64,000 nt of DNA from the human T2T-CHM13v2.0 reference genome, Homo sapiens, in assembly GCF_009914755.1 (NCBI RefSeq), contig NC_060925.1; one strand, 5' to 3'. Every line of letters starts with the position of its first letter. Positions within the stretch are counted from its first letter, which is position 1. The position numbers and the translations under genes are program-made. A model generated the notes under the pieces. It made no database searches. It saw nothing but the letters and a program-made list of their open reading frames with translations, and had not been told where the DNA came from. Shown here in pieces: positions 14,686 to 31,209 of this stretch.

Positions 14686-15689
14686 ATGTGCTAATGTTGA
14701 GGATTGCCTTTCTGAACTGAGGCATTTTAGAAGAGTTGGTTGCCCAGGTCAAATCTGAAGATTTACAATAGAACCAAGATGGTAATAAGACAAAAGATTT
14801 ATATGAAGATATAAGAATTAATATGGACACACACACTCTTCTATTTCCTATGTAGGGTGGTAAGTATAGTTAGGAAATATGTATGTATTTATTAAAGGAT
14901 ATAAACTGAATGATAGGTACCCTTACCATTTGAATGTCTTAATTTTTAAAAAATAAATTATGCCTGGTCACCTTATTCTTTTTTTTTTTGTCCCTCTTTT
15001 ACCATTTTCTAGGAATTGCATCCCATAATTTGGTTGTAATAAAATGTGACTGCTGGGGAAATGTTCACAGAGTTGGCATTCATTTGCACGCTACTGCCAT
15101 TTCAGCCCAGGGCATTCTCTCTTTCTTCCTGGTTCTCCTGCCTCCCTCCACCAGCCCCTCCCCAGCAGAGCACTGATGAGATGTGACAACAGAAAACACA
15201 AGTGCATTTCCTGGAGATTTACCAACATCCAGAAGGAAAGCTCAAAGGAAAAGGAACAATAGAAAAGGGGAATTGTGGAGGGAAGAAAGTTTCTAAGCCT
15301 ATCATTTGCAAATGTCAGCTCCATTCTCAGAGAACTCTAGAGACTGTTAAGCAAACCTGTTTCTAATGAATACAACAAGAGCCATTTGAATCCTCTACAC
15401 TTGAGCCAGTCACATTTAACAGATCACCCAGTCTATCTTCCATTATTCTCAGAGGCATCCTGGGCCTCACAGCATCTTTTCAATTTCAGCTTCAAATGAC
15501 CCAAGCTCTGTGTTGTCTTAGGCTTCAATAGGATTCAATAGGAAAACAATGTCAGAAGGTTAACATATTTTTCCCATTATACTATATAATTGCTATGTAC
15601 TTTACTCATCCCAATCCCTTAGCACTTTGGATTTCAATATTCAACTAGTCTTCACTATTTATCAATAGAATCAGGAAAGGCACATAGAA

Positions 15690-15880
15690 ACGTGTAAAGC
15701 CAGTAGACCTAGATTTTCTTCTCCACTTCACACTCATCACTTACTTGTCTCTGAGTAAGACACTTATCTTCTTCAGGTCTCAGTTTCTGCATCTATAAAA
15801 AGGACATAGAATGTCCTCTTACCTAAAATGTTTGCTTAAAGAATGGTAGTATTTATTTGAAAAGTATAAAGTAATATAAA
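15690..15880 (+). mobile_element. MIR SINE
   Basis: Core gtaagacacttatcttcttcaggtctcagtttctgcatctataaaa. Confidence 0.6.
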
Positions 15881-17607
15881 AATATGTTAGAATAAGTATC
15901 AGGCCTAACGGTTGCCAAATATCTGAAGTTGACTTTCTACTTTGTTTATTTGTGTTCTTTGTTTATTTGCATTTTATAAAGCAGAGAATATTCTACTCTT
16001 CATCATGACTTGAGTGAGCATGCTCATCATTCCTTTAGTTAGCTGCTTCAATTCACAAATCATTCTCTTTATTCTGAATTCTCTCCTCTTTGCTACTCAA
16101 TATCTGATCCTCAGGGGTCCATTGAGCAAGAATATTAAGTAGGTACAATGCTGGTAAGATTCTCCATGACTTTCTTCCAAGGACATTACTTCTATTGGAT
16201 CTAGTTCACATATACTTTTCCTTCTATGCAATCATTAGTTCCACTACGATCTTTCCTGAATATAGAAATTCTAACCATTCCTCAGAACCAAAATATTAGT
16301 AAAGAAATGATTTATTGGGCAAAACATTTGCCCTAAGAAGGAATTTGTGCCTTTGTGCATGCATGAAATTATTTACTTGTATTAATGAGAACACTCATTG
16401 TCTTATGCTGAATAAGAATTAGATGAATAGTTCGCCAAGGCCACTGTGTGCTGTTTCTGACAAATATATGTGCTAGATGCACCACCCCATCATTTGGGAT
16501 TTCTGGCAGAACCACATGACTTCCAATGGTCATGTTGCCTGAGTGTTACCTAGTGGACTCTGAGATGATGATCTTCCTGTTTTATACCTATGAAGTATAG
16601 AAAAAAGGCAATAGAAATCAAGGAAAAAAAGAAGGGGGGGAGTGGAGGAGACTAAGAAGAATAAAAAAAAGGAAAAGAAAGAGAAAAAAATAAGAGAAGG
16701 GGTAATTGAAGGAATAAGAGAAGCTGTAAAGTATAAAAGGGAAAAAATAATTGTAGATAGAATGTCGGTATATTTTTAGAAGAATATTCATAACAATATA
16801 TATTAAAAGCAGCAAGATTTTCTCACTCTTTTCCTTTTCTCACCTCCCATTAGCAATGACTGAAGTTGTGAATTATGAACAAGTGTCAGAGATTGCAAAT
16901 TTAACAGCAAATAGTGGGGGATGAAGAAAAGAAGATGAGGAAATTATTTTACAAGATGAATACAAAGGCCTTGTGATAAATGAATTAGAATGATGTTTTA
17001 TGCTGAAAAATCACTTTTCCATTTTAAAGTATCTCCATATTTCAATTTATCTAATGAAGATTGTCAGTAGAATCATATTTAGTATTTTTCTTGAGAAGTA
17101 GTTAGTACCCCTTCTTAATCTTGGCCCAACTAAACTGTGTCAAATTTATTTCTGCACAATGCAAGTTCAACCCCATTCAGACCAATTGTGCTCTTTCATC
17201 AGATCGTCAGAACTCACAAGTTTTCTGTGGTAGGAAGGGGAACATAGAGAAGGACCAGGACCTGCAATTAAGACACAATACTCGCTGGGAAATAGCAGAT
17301 ATGTAGGTGGGTGGGAGTTATCCATGATGAAAAAACATGTACACTGATACATAGCAGAAACAGAATCTAGAATGATGTCATTGGTTATGGTTCTGACCAG
17401 CCATTTTTATTAGGAAGTTGAACCAGGGATGGGAGGTTGCCCCATCCAGCCAATGACTCCATAGCAACACTACAAACTGTTAGGTAATAGCTCCCTGCTC
17501 TCTACCAAGATCTGGGTTTCAGGTACCACCACAACAAAGGGAACATGGTGAGAAGAGACTAGCCTGGCTAGATATGAAAAGTGACAGACATTGAAGATTT
17601 ATTCTCT

Positions 17608-17911
17608 TTCTTTTTTTTTTTTTTTTTTTGAGTTGGAGTCTCACTCTGTTGCCCAGGCTGGAGTGCAGTGGTGCAATTTCTGCTCACTGAAAGCTCCACC
17701 CACGGGGTTCACACCATTCTCTTGCCTCAGCCTCCCGACTAGCTGGGACTACAGGCACCCTCCACCATGCCCAGCCAATTTTTTTGTATTTTTAGTACAG
17801 ATGGGGTTTCACAGTGTTCGCCAGGATGGTCTCGATCTCCTGACCTCGTGATCCACCTGCCTCGGCCTCCCAAAGTGCTGGGATTACAGGCATGAGCCAC
17901 CATGCCTGGCC
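17608..17911 (-). mobile_element. AluY-type SINE
   Basis: aagctcc, ttcacaccattctc, ccaggatggtctcgatctcctgacctcgtg; degenerate TSD gaagatttattctc / gaggacttattctc. Confidence 0.95.
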
Positions 17912-18686
17912 GAGGACTTATTCTCAATTTAAAAAAAAAAAAGAGTCCAGGTTTCTAGGATTACGGTGCATTCTTGAACCAGAGCAGCAGATTTGGCTTG
18001 ATGCTGGGTTACATGGAGTTCAAACAAAGATTTCATAAATCCCTTCCAAGGACAGGAAGAGTTGGCCTAGAAACTGGGACAAGATAAGTTTACAGATAGA
18101 GAAAAATGGGGTTAGGGATGGTGATGGGATTAAGGCATTGCTACCTTATTCCAGTGTAAACCTAGGGCTCTCAGATCATCCTATTCTTCCAGTCAAATTA
18201 TGATACCTAAATTTTGAGTGAAATCACTGTGTTGGAACTGATTGAAAACTTTATGAAACACTGTACAGGCCGAGAGCAGTGTTTCTCCCAGCACGACGTT
18301 TGAGCTCTGAGAACAGACAGTCTGCCTCCTCAAATGGGTCCCTGAGCCCGGTGTAGCCTAACTGGGAGACACTTCCCACTAGGGGTCGACAGACACCACA
18401 TACACAGGTGCCCTTCTGGGACAAAGCTTCCAGAGGAAGGATCAGGAAGCAATATTTGCTGTTCTGCAATATTTGCTGTTCTGCAGCCTCAGCTGGTGAT
18501 ACCCAGGCAAACGGGGTCTGGAGTGGACCTCCAGCAAACTCCAACATACCTGCAGCTGAGGGTCCTGACTGTTAGAAGGAAAACTAACAAAGAGAAAGGA
18601 ATAGCATCAACATCACCAAAAACGACATCTACACCAAAACCCCATCTGTAGGTCACCAAAGACCAAAGGTAGACAAAACCACAAAG

Positions 18687-19706
18687 ATGGCGAGAAGCCA
18701 GAGCAGAAAAGCTGAAAATTCTAAAAAACAGAGTGCCTCTTCTCCTCCAAAGGATCGCAGCTCCTCACCAGCAATGGAACAAAGCCAGATGGAGAATGGT
18801 GAGTTGACAGAAGTAGGCTTCAGAAGGTTGGTAATAACAAACTTCTCCGAGCTAGAGGAGCATGTTCTAACCTACTGCAAGGAAGCTAAAAGCCTTGGAA
18901 AAAGGTTAGGCAAATGGCTAACTAGAATTAACAGTGTAGAGAAGACTTTAAATGACCTGATGGTGCTGAAAACCATGGCACAAGGACTATGTGACACATG
19001 TACAAGCTTCGGTAGCCGATTTGATCAACTGGCAGAAAGGATATCAGAGATTGAAGATCAGATTAATGAAATAAAGTGAGAAGACAAGTCTAAAGAAAAA
19101 AGAGTAAAAAGAAATGAACAAAGCCTCCAATAAATATGGGACTATGTGAAAAGACCAAATCTACGTTTGATTCATGTGCCTGAAAGAGATGAGGAGAATG
19201 GAACCAAGTTGGAAAACACTATTCAGGATATTATCCAGGAGAACTTCCCCAACCTAGCAAGGCAGGCCAACATTCAAATTCAGGAAATACATAGACCACC
19301 ACAAAGATACTCCTCGAGAACAGCGACACCGAGACACATAAATGTCAGATTCACCAAGGCTGAAATGAAGGAAAAAATATTAAGGGCAGCCAGAAAGAAA
19401 GGTCAGGTTACCCACAAAGGGAAGTGCCTCAAACTAACAGTGGATCTCTCGGCAGAAACCCTACAAACCAGAAGAGAGTGGGGGGCAATATTCAACATTC
19501 TTAAAGAAAAGAATTTTCAACCCAGAATATCATATCCAGCCAAAATAAGCTTCATAAGTGAAGGAGAAATAAAATACTTTACAGACAAGCAAATGCTGAG
19601 AGATGTTGTCACCACCAGGCCTGCCTTACAAGAGCTCCTGAAGGAAGCACTAAATATGGAAAGGAACAACCGGTACCAGCCACTGCAAAAACATGCTAAA
19701 TTGTAA
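18687..19706 (+). pseudogene. L1 ORF1p (RNA-binding chaperone), in-frame stops at ~19077 and ~19131
   Basis: ...KRPNLRLI...ENFPNLARQANIQIQE...RREWG...FQPRISYPAK...QKHAKL. Confidence 0.95.
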
Positions 19707-19769
19707 AGACCATCAATGCTATGAAGAAACTGAATCAATTAACGGGCAAAATAACCAGCTAGCATCATA

Positions 19770-23584
<3,815 letters not shown>

Positions 23585-24486
23585 ACAATGAGAACACTTG
23601 GACACAGGGCAGGGAACATCACACACCAGGGCCTGTTGGGGGACAGGGGCTGGGGGAGGGATAGCATTAGGAGAAATGCCTAATGTAAATGACGAGTTGA
23701 TGGGTGCAGCAAACCAACATGGCACATGTATACCTATGAAACAAACCTGCACGTTGTGCACATGTACCCTAGAACTTAAAGTATAATAAAAAAAAAAAGA
23801 AAAAAAAAAAAAGAAACACTGTACAGGCCAAACAAAACATTTCTGGAGATTGTCAGTTTGAAATTTCTGTTCACAACCATGTAATTTAGCCATTATTTAT
23901 ATTTGGTCCTATAAAGTTCTCTACTTTTTACTGTATGTTATTCTTTTCTTGCCAATTACATTTTAAGCCAGAAGTGTCTTCTCATCATCAATTGTAGTTT
24001 TCCCAGTATCAATCCTGTGCCTAATAAATATTGGAGGATTAATTGATTGTATATGATAGTACATGGAATATAAATCAAAATAGGAAAGAAAAATATTTAC
24101 ATATGGCGTAAGTCAATAGAAAAATAACTTTGCCCTAACATCACTTAGGGATTGAGAAAACATGCCAGCAGGAAAAAGTCTCTGTATCCAAAAAATACAG
24201 GAGTATGAAAATTCATTGTTTTAGAAAAATAAAATGTGTTAAAACAAAATCTGGTGAAAAAAACTACTTGACAATAACCCTGCCATGATATTGGAGAAAC
24301 ATCTGTAGATAACTGGGAATAGGAAGAGAGAAAGGGAGGGAGGGGGGGAGAGAGAGAGAGAAATAAAGAGAAGAAAAAGAAGAAAAAAGTCAATAAGTAT
24401 GTTGAAATAGAGGTTAAAAGAAAAATAAAAGTTTGAAAGAAGTTTTTAGAGCATGTGACATGGTCTCAAACAAGAAAAGGGGGATA

Positions 24487-24895
24487 CGTTTTAATCTGTT
24501 CGTATTGCTACAAAGGCATACTCAAGGTGAGTCCATTATAAAGAAAAGAGGTTTATTTGGCTCATAGTTCTGCAAGCTGTACAAGAAGCATGGTGCCAAT
24601 ATCTGCTTCTGGTGAGGGCTTCAGGCTACTTTCAATCACGACAGATGGTGACGGGGAGCTGTGTATGCAGATCACATTGTAAGAGAGAAAACGGTAGGGA
24701 GGGGATGCCAGGATTTAACAACTAGCTCTCCAGGGAAATAATAGGGTGAGAACTTACTACCTCAAGGGTGGCACCAAGCCATTCATGAGGGATCCTCCCC
24801 ATGACCCAAACACCTCCCATTAGGCCCCACCTGTAGCACTGTGGATGAGATTTCAGCATGAGATTTGGAGGGCCCAAGAAAATCAAACTACAGCA
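24487..24895 (-). mobile_element. MSTB-like MaLR solo LTR
   Basis: aaagaaaagaggtttatttggctca..gttctgcaagctgtacaagaagcatgg...caccaagccattcatgagggatc...catgagatttggagg. Confidence 0.88.
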
Positions 24896-25120
24896 GAGTG
24901 TGATGGAGCAGAGCTGGCTCACACTGGCTGTTAAGAGCTGATTTTTCCCATCTCTTCCCAACTCTCTGTTCAATGACTTCACACTCATAGCCTGAAATGA
25001 GCTATGGTAAGAAAATTTACACCACAGAAATCAGCAAAAGCCACAAATAAGAGCTTCCTTTACTCATACCTACAAACTTCTTCCCAGCAGCCTGTTAAAC
25101 ACTTACCAGCATGTCACCGC
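24893..25120 (+). mobile_element. MER63-like hAT element
   Basis: catctcttcccaactc...atttacaccacagaaatcagcaaa...gttaaacacttaccagca. Confidence 0.65.
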
Positions 25121-26299
25121 ATCATAAAGAAATCCATGACTTTCTATTGCTCAGAAATAACAGTTGGAAATTTTGGGGTGTTGACAGTCAAAAGGCAGTA
25201 AAAACGCATCCTGAGCAACCCTTAGCCCCTGTTCTGGGAAAAAGTCAGTTGCCCTCCCACTGGGGGCTCTCCTGCTGACTCCCTGACTTCACAGAAGCTG
25301 AACTTTGTTCCCTGTTTAGAATGACACTACTTACCAGCCTCTGGCCGCAGTAGCCAGAATAGGACTGGACTGCCTAGATATGTGGTATGTTGTAGGTCAA
25401 TTCTTGAACCTGCCCTTCCCTATCCAGGCCCAATCCATTACTATTCAGGTACCAGGGTGATAAAAAGGGAGACTGACAAGCCTAGACTGAAGGAATTGCC
25501 TCTCTTTAGAAAGTTCTGCTGGCCTGTGAAATAATATCTTTTCATTCAACTGGAATCAATGTGTATGTGGCTCATTAAACAAAACCCCATATAAGAAAAG
25601 GTAAATTTGGTAACAAGTATTTATTTTAATAAAGAATTCACCATAGGGTAACTTTAAATAACTAGCTTCCCAAGTGCACTCATATAAAATCTTTTTAAGA
25701 GTACTGCCATTATAGAAAGTGAGCTAATATTTAAGCTGAATATACAACGACTCTTCAGGGGAAAGAGTGCTTAACTACTGAGAATAATTGTGGGCCTGCT
25801 TTAAACTTTAGGAACTCACTGGTTTGTACAGCTCCACTCTAATAATTTCTCTGTTCTGCACTTTGGCTGGCTCATCAGTAAGGGTATAACTAAAATAGAA
25901 GATAGCATCTTCAAGGGATATAAGGGACTGCAAAAATGGACGTAAGTTCAGCTTCCATTACCTTGTCAACATGAATGGCATATCATTTGTGTATCCAGAA
26001 ATAGTCACTGAACACATTTGCTACAACTCAGCAATCTTTTCATTTCCAGAAAACATTGAAACTGGAATTCTATCAATGTATGGTCATTAAAAATGTTAAT
26101 GTTAGATAATGGGATTATAAATCCTGTCAAGTGCTACCCATGAAATTTACTTAAGCATGTTAGCTTTTATATTATTGTTTGAAATTTAGCCAGGTACAAC
26201 TGAACGACTGATTTTTTTTCCATTGCAGAAGAACTGCTACAGTAGGAGAAGCTAGGGAATAAGAAGAAGAAGGAGAAAAAACTTAAAGAGGACTTACTC

Positions 26300-26500
26300 T
26301 ATGGCAAATTGCAGTAGTCAATATTACACAATTTTACTCATTTCATTCACCAAAAAAATAAACTTAAAGACATTTTACTACATCTATTTTACAGATGCAC
26401 CAACAAATTCAGAGAGGTTAAATATCTTGTGAAAACTCACAGAGATGGCTTTTCAGAGGCAGAGTTGGTATTTTGAGTCTATTTGACTCAAAAGCCTGGT
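26300..26500 (-). mobile_element. MIR SINE
   Basis: attttacagatg...cagagaggttaaatatcttg...tttgactcaaaagcct. Confidence 0.65.
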
Positions 26501-26519
26501 ATTTGGTTAGATGTTGATG

Positions 26520-27190
26520 TCCCCAAAATAGTAACATGTTTATTTTACAAAATTAGAAAAAAGCAGAAACATTTTTAAATTAAATAAAAATATACATTAA
26601 GCATTCAACCTAGAGATGCTCATAGTTTATATAGTTGTTGTCCTTCAGTCTTTTTACATTTTTTTTTGTTCTATTAATATGCTCCATTTTTTCTTCCTGT
26701 TGGAAGAATACATCTTCATTGTGGAAAATGCAGAAAAGTATAGAGAAGGAAAAAGTCATCTTTTATTTGACCTTGTTTCTAGGTCTTACACACAATATGT
26801 CATCACTAAATGATATATTTTCTCATTTTTTGTTTCTAAAATTAGAATTATACTATGCATGTACAGAATTGTGTATCCATTTAATAGATCATGAGTATGC
26901 TGTATAAAAGACTGCATGATTTTCCATCATTGAATTTACCCTAATGTATGCAACTATTCCTCTTTCGTTATTCGTTTTGAGTTGTTTGTTACTTTAAATA
27001 ATGCTGCAATGAATATACAGGCTTATAAGTTTTTAGTCCCATTTCAAGTCATTTTCTTAGGATAAATTTCTACAATTGAATCACTACGTCAAAGCATCTG
27101 AAAAATTTTTTAAGGTTCTTAATACATATGGGCTGAATTGCTCTCCAAAGTTATTGTACCAATTTAAAAACCCACCTGCAGAGTCCAAGA
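26520..27190 (-). mobile_element. Degraded L1ME-type fragments
   Basis: aatatgctgcaatgaatat, ttttcttaggataaatttcta, ttgtaccaattta. Confidence 0.45.
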
Positions 27191-27528
27191 CTGATTTTAT
27201 TTATAATGTGGTTTTTATGTTAATCAAAATTTGTTTCCTCTTGTTATTATTTCGAAGACCTCTGTTCTTTCCTTCCTAGGATTTAACAAAATTTGTAAGT
27301 CCTTTTGCTTATTTGTTTAATAAAGGCCTCTCTTATTAACTATAACTCTGGTGGAAACTGGAAACATGCCTATATATTTCACCCTAAACAACTATTACTT
27401 AATATAGGGCCTAACCCAGAAAAAGTCGTATCTATGTTTGTTGAACAAATGGAGAAATTTTTCCTTACAGAATTATTTTTCTGAGTATACACAAGTATCT
27501 AAACAAGATAACTCCAAAAGGATGTTTT

Positions 27529-28811
27529 ATTTTCTGTTTTATTGTTTGTTTGTTTTTACTTTAAGTTCTGGAATACATGTGCAGAACGTGCAGGCTTGTT
27601 ACATAGGTATTAATGTGCGATGGTGGTTTGCTGCACCTATCAACCCATCATCTAGGTTTTAAGCCCCACATGCATTAGGTATTTGTCCTAATGCTGTCTC
27701 TCCCCTTGCCCCCGACCCCCCAACAGGACCCAGTGTGTGATGTTCCCCTCCCTGTGTCCATGTGTTCTTATTGTTCAATTCCCACTTATGAGTGAAAACA
27801 TGTGGTGTTTGGTTTTCTGTCCCTGTGTTAGTTTGCTGAGAATGATGGCTTCCAGCTTCATCCATGTCCCTTCAAAAGACATGAACTCATTCTTTTTTAT
27901 GGCTGCATAGTATTCCATGGTATATATGTGCCACGTTTTCTTTATCCAGTTTATCATTGATGGGCATTTGGGTTGGTTCCAAGTCTTCACTATTGTAAGT
28001 AGTGCTGCAATAAACATATGTGTGCTTGTGTCTTTATAGTAGAATATTTATAATCCTTTGGGTATATACCCAGTAATGGGATTGCTGGGTCAAATGGTAT
28101 TTCTGGTTCTAGATCCTTGAGGAATTGCCACACTGTCTTCCACAATGGTTGAACTAAGTTACACTCCCACCACCAGTGTATAAGCATTCCTTTTCTCCAC
28201 AGCCTCACCACCATCTGTTTTCTGACTTTTTAATAATCTCCATTCTAACTAGTATGAGATGGTATCTCATTGTGGTTTTGATTTGCATTTATCTAATGAT
28301 CAGTGATGATAAGCTTTTTTTCATATGTTCCTTGGCCACATAAATGTCTTCTTTTGAGAAGTGTCTGTTCATATCCTTTGCCCACTTTTTGATGAGGTTG
28401 TTTGTTTTTTTCTTGTAAATTTGTTTAAGTTTTTCGTAGATTCTGGATATTAGACCTTTGTCAGATGGATAGATGGCAAAAATTTTCTCCCATTCTGTAG
28501 GTTGCTGTTCACTCTGATGCTAGTTTCTTTTGCTGTGCGGATGCTCTTTTGTTTAATTAGATCCCATTTGTCAATTTTGGTTTTTGTTGCAATTGCTCTT
28601 GGTGTTTTAGTCATGAAGTCTTTGCCCATGCCTATGTCCTGAATGATATTCCTAGGTTTTCTTCTAGGGTTTTTATGATTTTAGATTTTTACATTTAAGC
28701 CTTTAATCCATCTTGAGTTAATTTTTGTATAAGTCATAAGGAAGGGATCCAGTTTCAGTTTTCTGCATATGGCTAGCCAGTTTTCCCAGCACCATTTATT
28801 AAATAGGGAAT
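27529..28811 (-). mobile_element. 5'-truncated LINE-1 (L1PA8-like)
   Basis: Antisense ORF2 C-terminus and 3' UTR (ctaggttttaagccccacatgcattagg); degenerate TSD tccaaaaggatgtttt 27513-27528 / tccgaaaggatttttt 28812-28827. Confidence 0.95.
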
Positions 28812-31209
28812 TCCGAAAGGATTTTTTTAATGGTCACTCACGTTTTGAAAAATTATTCCAATAGTTGAAAAAGGATTTGCTCTGGTATTCAGCACATGGT
28901 CTGGTCCCAGGCTCTGGAGAATTAGATAATGATGTCTCAACAACCCAACCCATGTCTGATGCACAAGGTGTTGCAGATTGCAATGGGCTTCTACTGTGTT
29001 CTCATGGCAGGGAAAGAGGCAGGGTTGACAAGGCATGGGGTGTGGTCTCATTATTTACATATGAGTTGCAATATTTCCATTAGGTATTTAAGCACACAGA
29101 GCAAGGCCTGTGTGCTCTTTTTGAAGCCAATGTCCTCAGTGTCAGTTGAAAAGAAACAACTTTCCGAAATCATTAAAGAATAACAATTGCTTTTGCAACC
29201 AAAGCAAAAGACCAAACACAACACAACTAGTGGGATGGTCCCATATTTTAGCTTTATTCCTTTCTCCCACAGCCCTTTTCATATGTATCCAACAGAAGAA
29301 ATTTATTTTCTGCCTTGTGTGAAAACATTGGCTGGTCCATGAATTTTCTGGTCTTCTGTGATATTACTGATAGTGACTTAAACTGAATATTAGTAACACA
29401 GTCAATTTAAGTCCTGTGGCCACTTTAAATTGTCACACTCAGTGTTGATTCAGAAATTAGAATGCCCGGTCAATATGTGACACAGCACACAGTTCAGTTC
29501 TCCTAGCCTTAGCTATGACCTGTTCAAGGCCAGTCTTCAAGGAGGGGAGTGAGGCTTGTTTATTTTCTCTCCCTCAAAAATCTCTTTGCAAACTTTTTAG
29601 GTCTTGTATTTGACCTGTAAGTGTTGGGGCATGAGCACAGAAGAGGAAAGAGGAGAGCAAACATTTTTTGCCTGGCAATAGCTGTGGTCATATGGCTTTG
29701 AGTTTTCTGGGTCCTGGCAGGTATGTGAAGCAGTCTACTTCTCTTGAAGCCACTTGGAGTTTTTCTCTGAGCCTGCTCTGGTGGGTCTTTCCAACTGAAC
29801 TAGCTCTGAGAAATAAGCAAAGCACTGTAGTAGTCCAAGCACCTGCTGTTCCACTCCACAAGGACTCTCTCCAGGTTCCAATAACTTTCCAGGCAGTTTC
29901 TTGGGCCAGTATTAAATGGCTTAAGCCAGTTCTCCTTGTCCATGACACACATCTGATTTATGAAAAACACTCATAAATCCTTTGCTCCCACCCATGGGCC
30001 ATACTGCAGCAGCAACTCTCCTTTCTTTCCACCAACACAGCATGGATGCCGGCTCCCCTGGCTGCACCCTGAAGGAGTTGGTGCCAGGGCTTGTTTTCAG
30101 TAATCTTGGAGAGGATTACAAAGATGGGCAGATTCTGCTTTTCCACCCATTCTATTCCCCTAGGGACCCATATTTCCTTCACTTTCCTTTGACTAGAGAT
30201 ACCGAAAAGTCCAACATTACCAGGTACAGAAAGAGCATGAAAAGTACCCACAAATTTTGAGCCATAAAGGGTAAGAGTGAACGGTTGCTATGGAAGAGAG
30301 ATAAAGAGCTTGTGTGATACACTTCAGAGACCATAGTGAACAGAAATGAAGAGGTGTGAGTGTCCAGTGCAGTGTCACGTGCTGCAGAGAAGTTAGTCTG
30401 AGGACTGAGCAATGGCCACTTGATGGAAAAATTAGAAAAACATTGTCCTTTGAGAGAACTGTTTAGTAAAGGGATAGGGGCCAAAGTGAAAATGCATGTA
30501 GGTACTTCTTTATTTATTGCTGCCTCCAGATTCAGACTTGATATAATGTTTAGGCAAAATGCATAGTCACAATTGTCTAAAATGTCTTTATTCAGTGTAT
30601 TTTAAGCCTTTTTCCCCCAAAGGCATGTTCCCAGGATGTAAATCTGGCTTTCTTTTCAATATTCATTCATTCACTGGCCCACTTATTTGCCCATTTAGAC
30701 ATACAGGTCTCTTTTAAGTCTACAACATTATCATCTTACTTTACTTGCCAGGCCAAAAATGAAATTGCAAATATGTATAGAATGACAATCTTCTTCATGT
30801 CCCTTTATAATGTCTTCACGTGCCTCAACTTTCATTTGCCTCTATAATGTCTACCTTGACCACCTCAGAGTAAAATTATTCCTTCATCATCTGGGCTCTT
30901 TTTATGTGTTCTCTTATGTTGGTTTTCATTTTGAATGCTTATTTCTTTTCTCCTGAAATCGAGTTAAGAACTATACATGTGACGGATGGACTGTGTCTTA
31001 TGCATTGTCACCACACCAAGCTGTTCTGCCTTAATTTTAAACCTTCCATTTTTTTCCCTATTTCTACAAGGCAAGAGCTCTGAGCATACCATACAACTAC
31101 ATTATGTTATAACTAGTTGTAACATAATTGGAGTTTCATGCTTCAAAGCTTTGCACATGCACAGATGGTAGGCAAGCTCCTTGAATTCCCCCAGTAACCA
31201 TGATTTAAG

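Noticed and set aside
16600-16815. Hydrophobic, membrane-like minus-strand ORF
   Set aside because: Artefact of a purine-rich low-complexity tract; the same applies to 24145-24393 and 52176-52708.
17591-17927. ORFs resembling annotated 'hypothetical proteins'
   Set aside because: They are Alu-derived translations, as are 34287-34650 and 52857-53356.
18449-18485. 17-bp tandem repeat gcaatatttgctgttct in the L1 5' UTR
   Set aside because: I recall it as a feature of this L1PA subfamily's 5' UTR rather than a locus-specific event; unverified but low value.
26205-26330. Strong-looking splice acceptor ttttttttccattgcag
   Set aside because: No matching donor or open frame follows, and the sequence runs into a MIR; such motifs are common by chance.
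29668-30484. Overlapping 86-102 aa ORFs in unique-looking sequence, with a possible splice acceptor near 30040
   Set aside because: No recognisable domain, mostly non-ATG starts, no convincing donor/acceptor pair, and the distal part looks like antisense L2.
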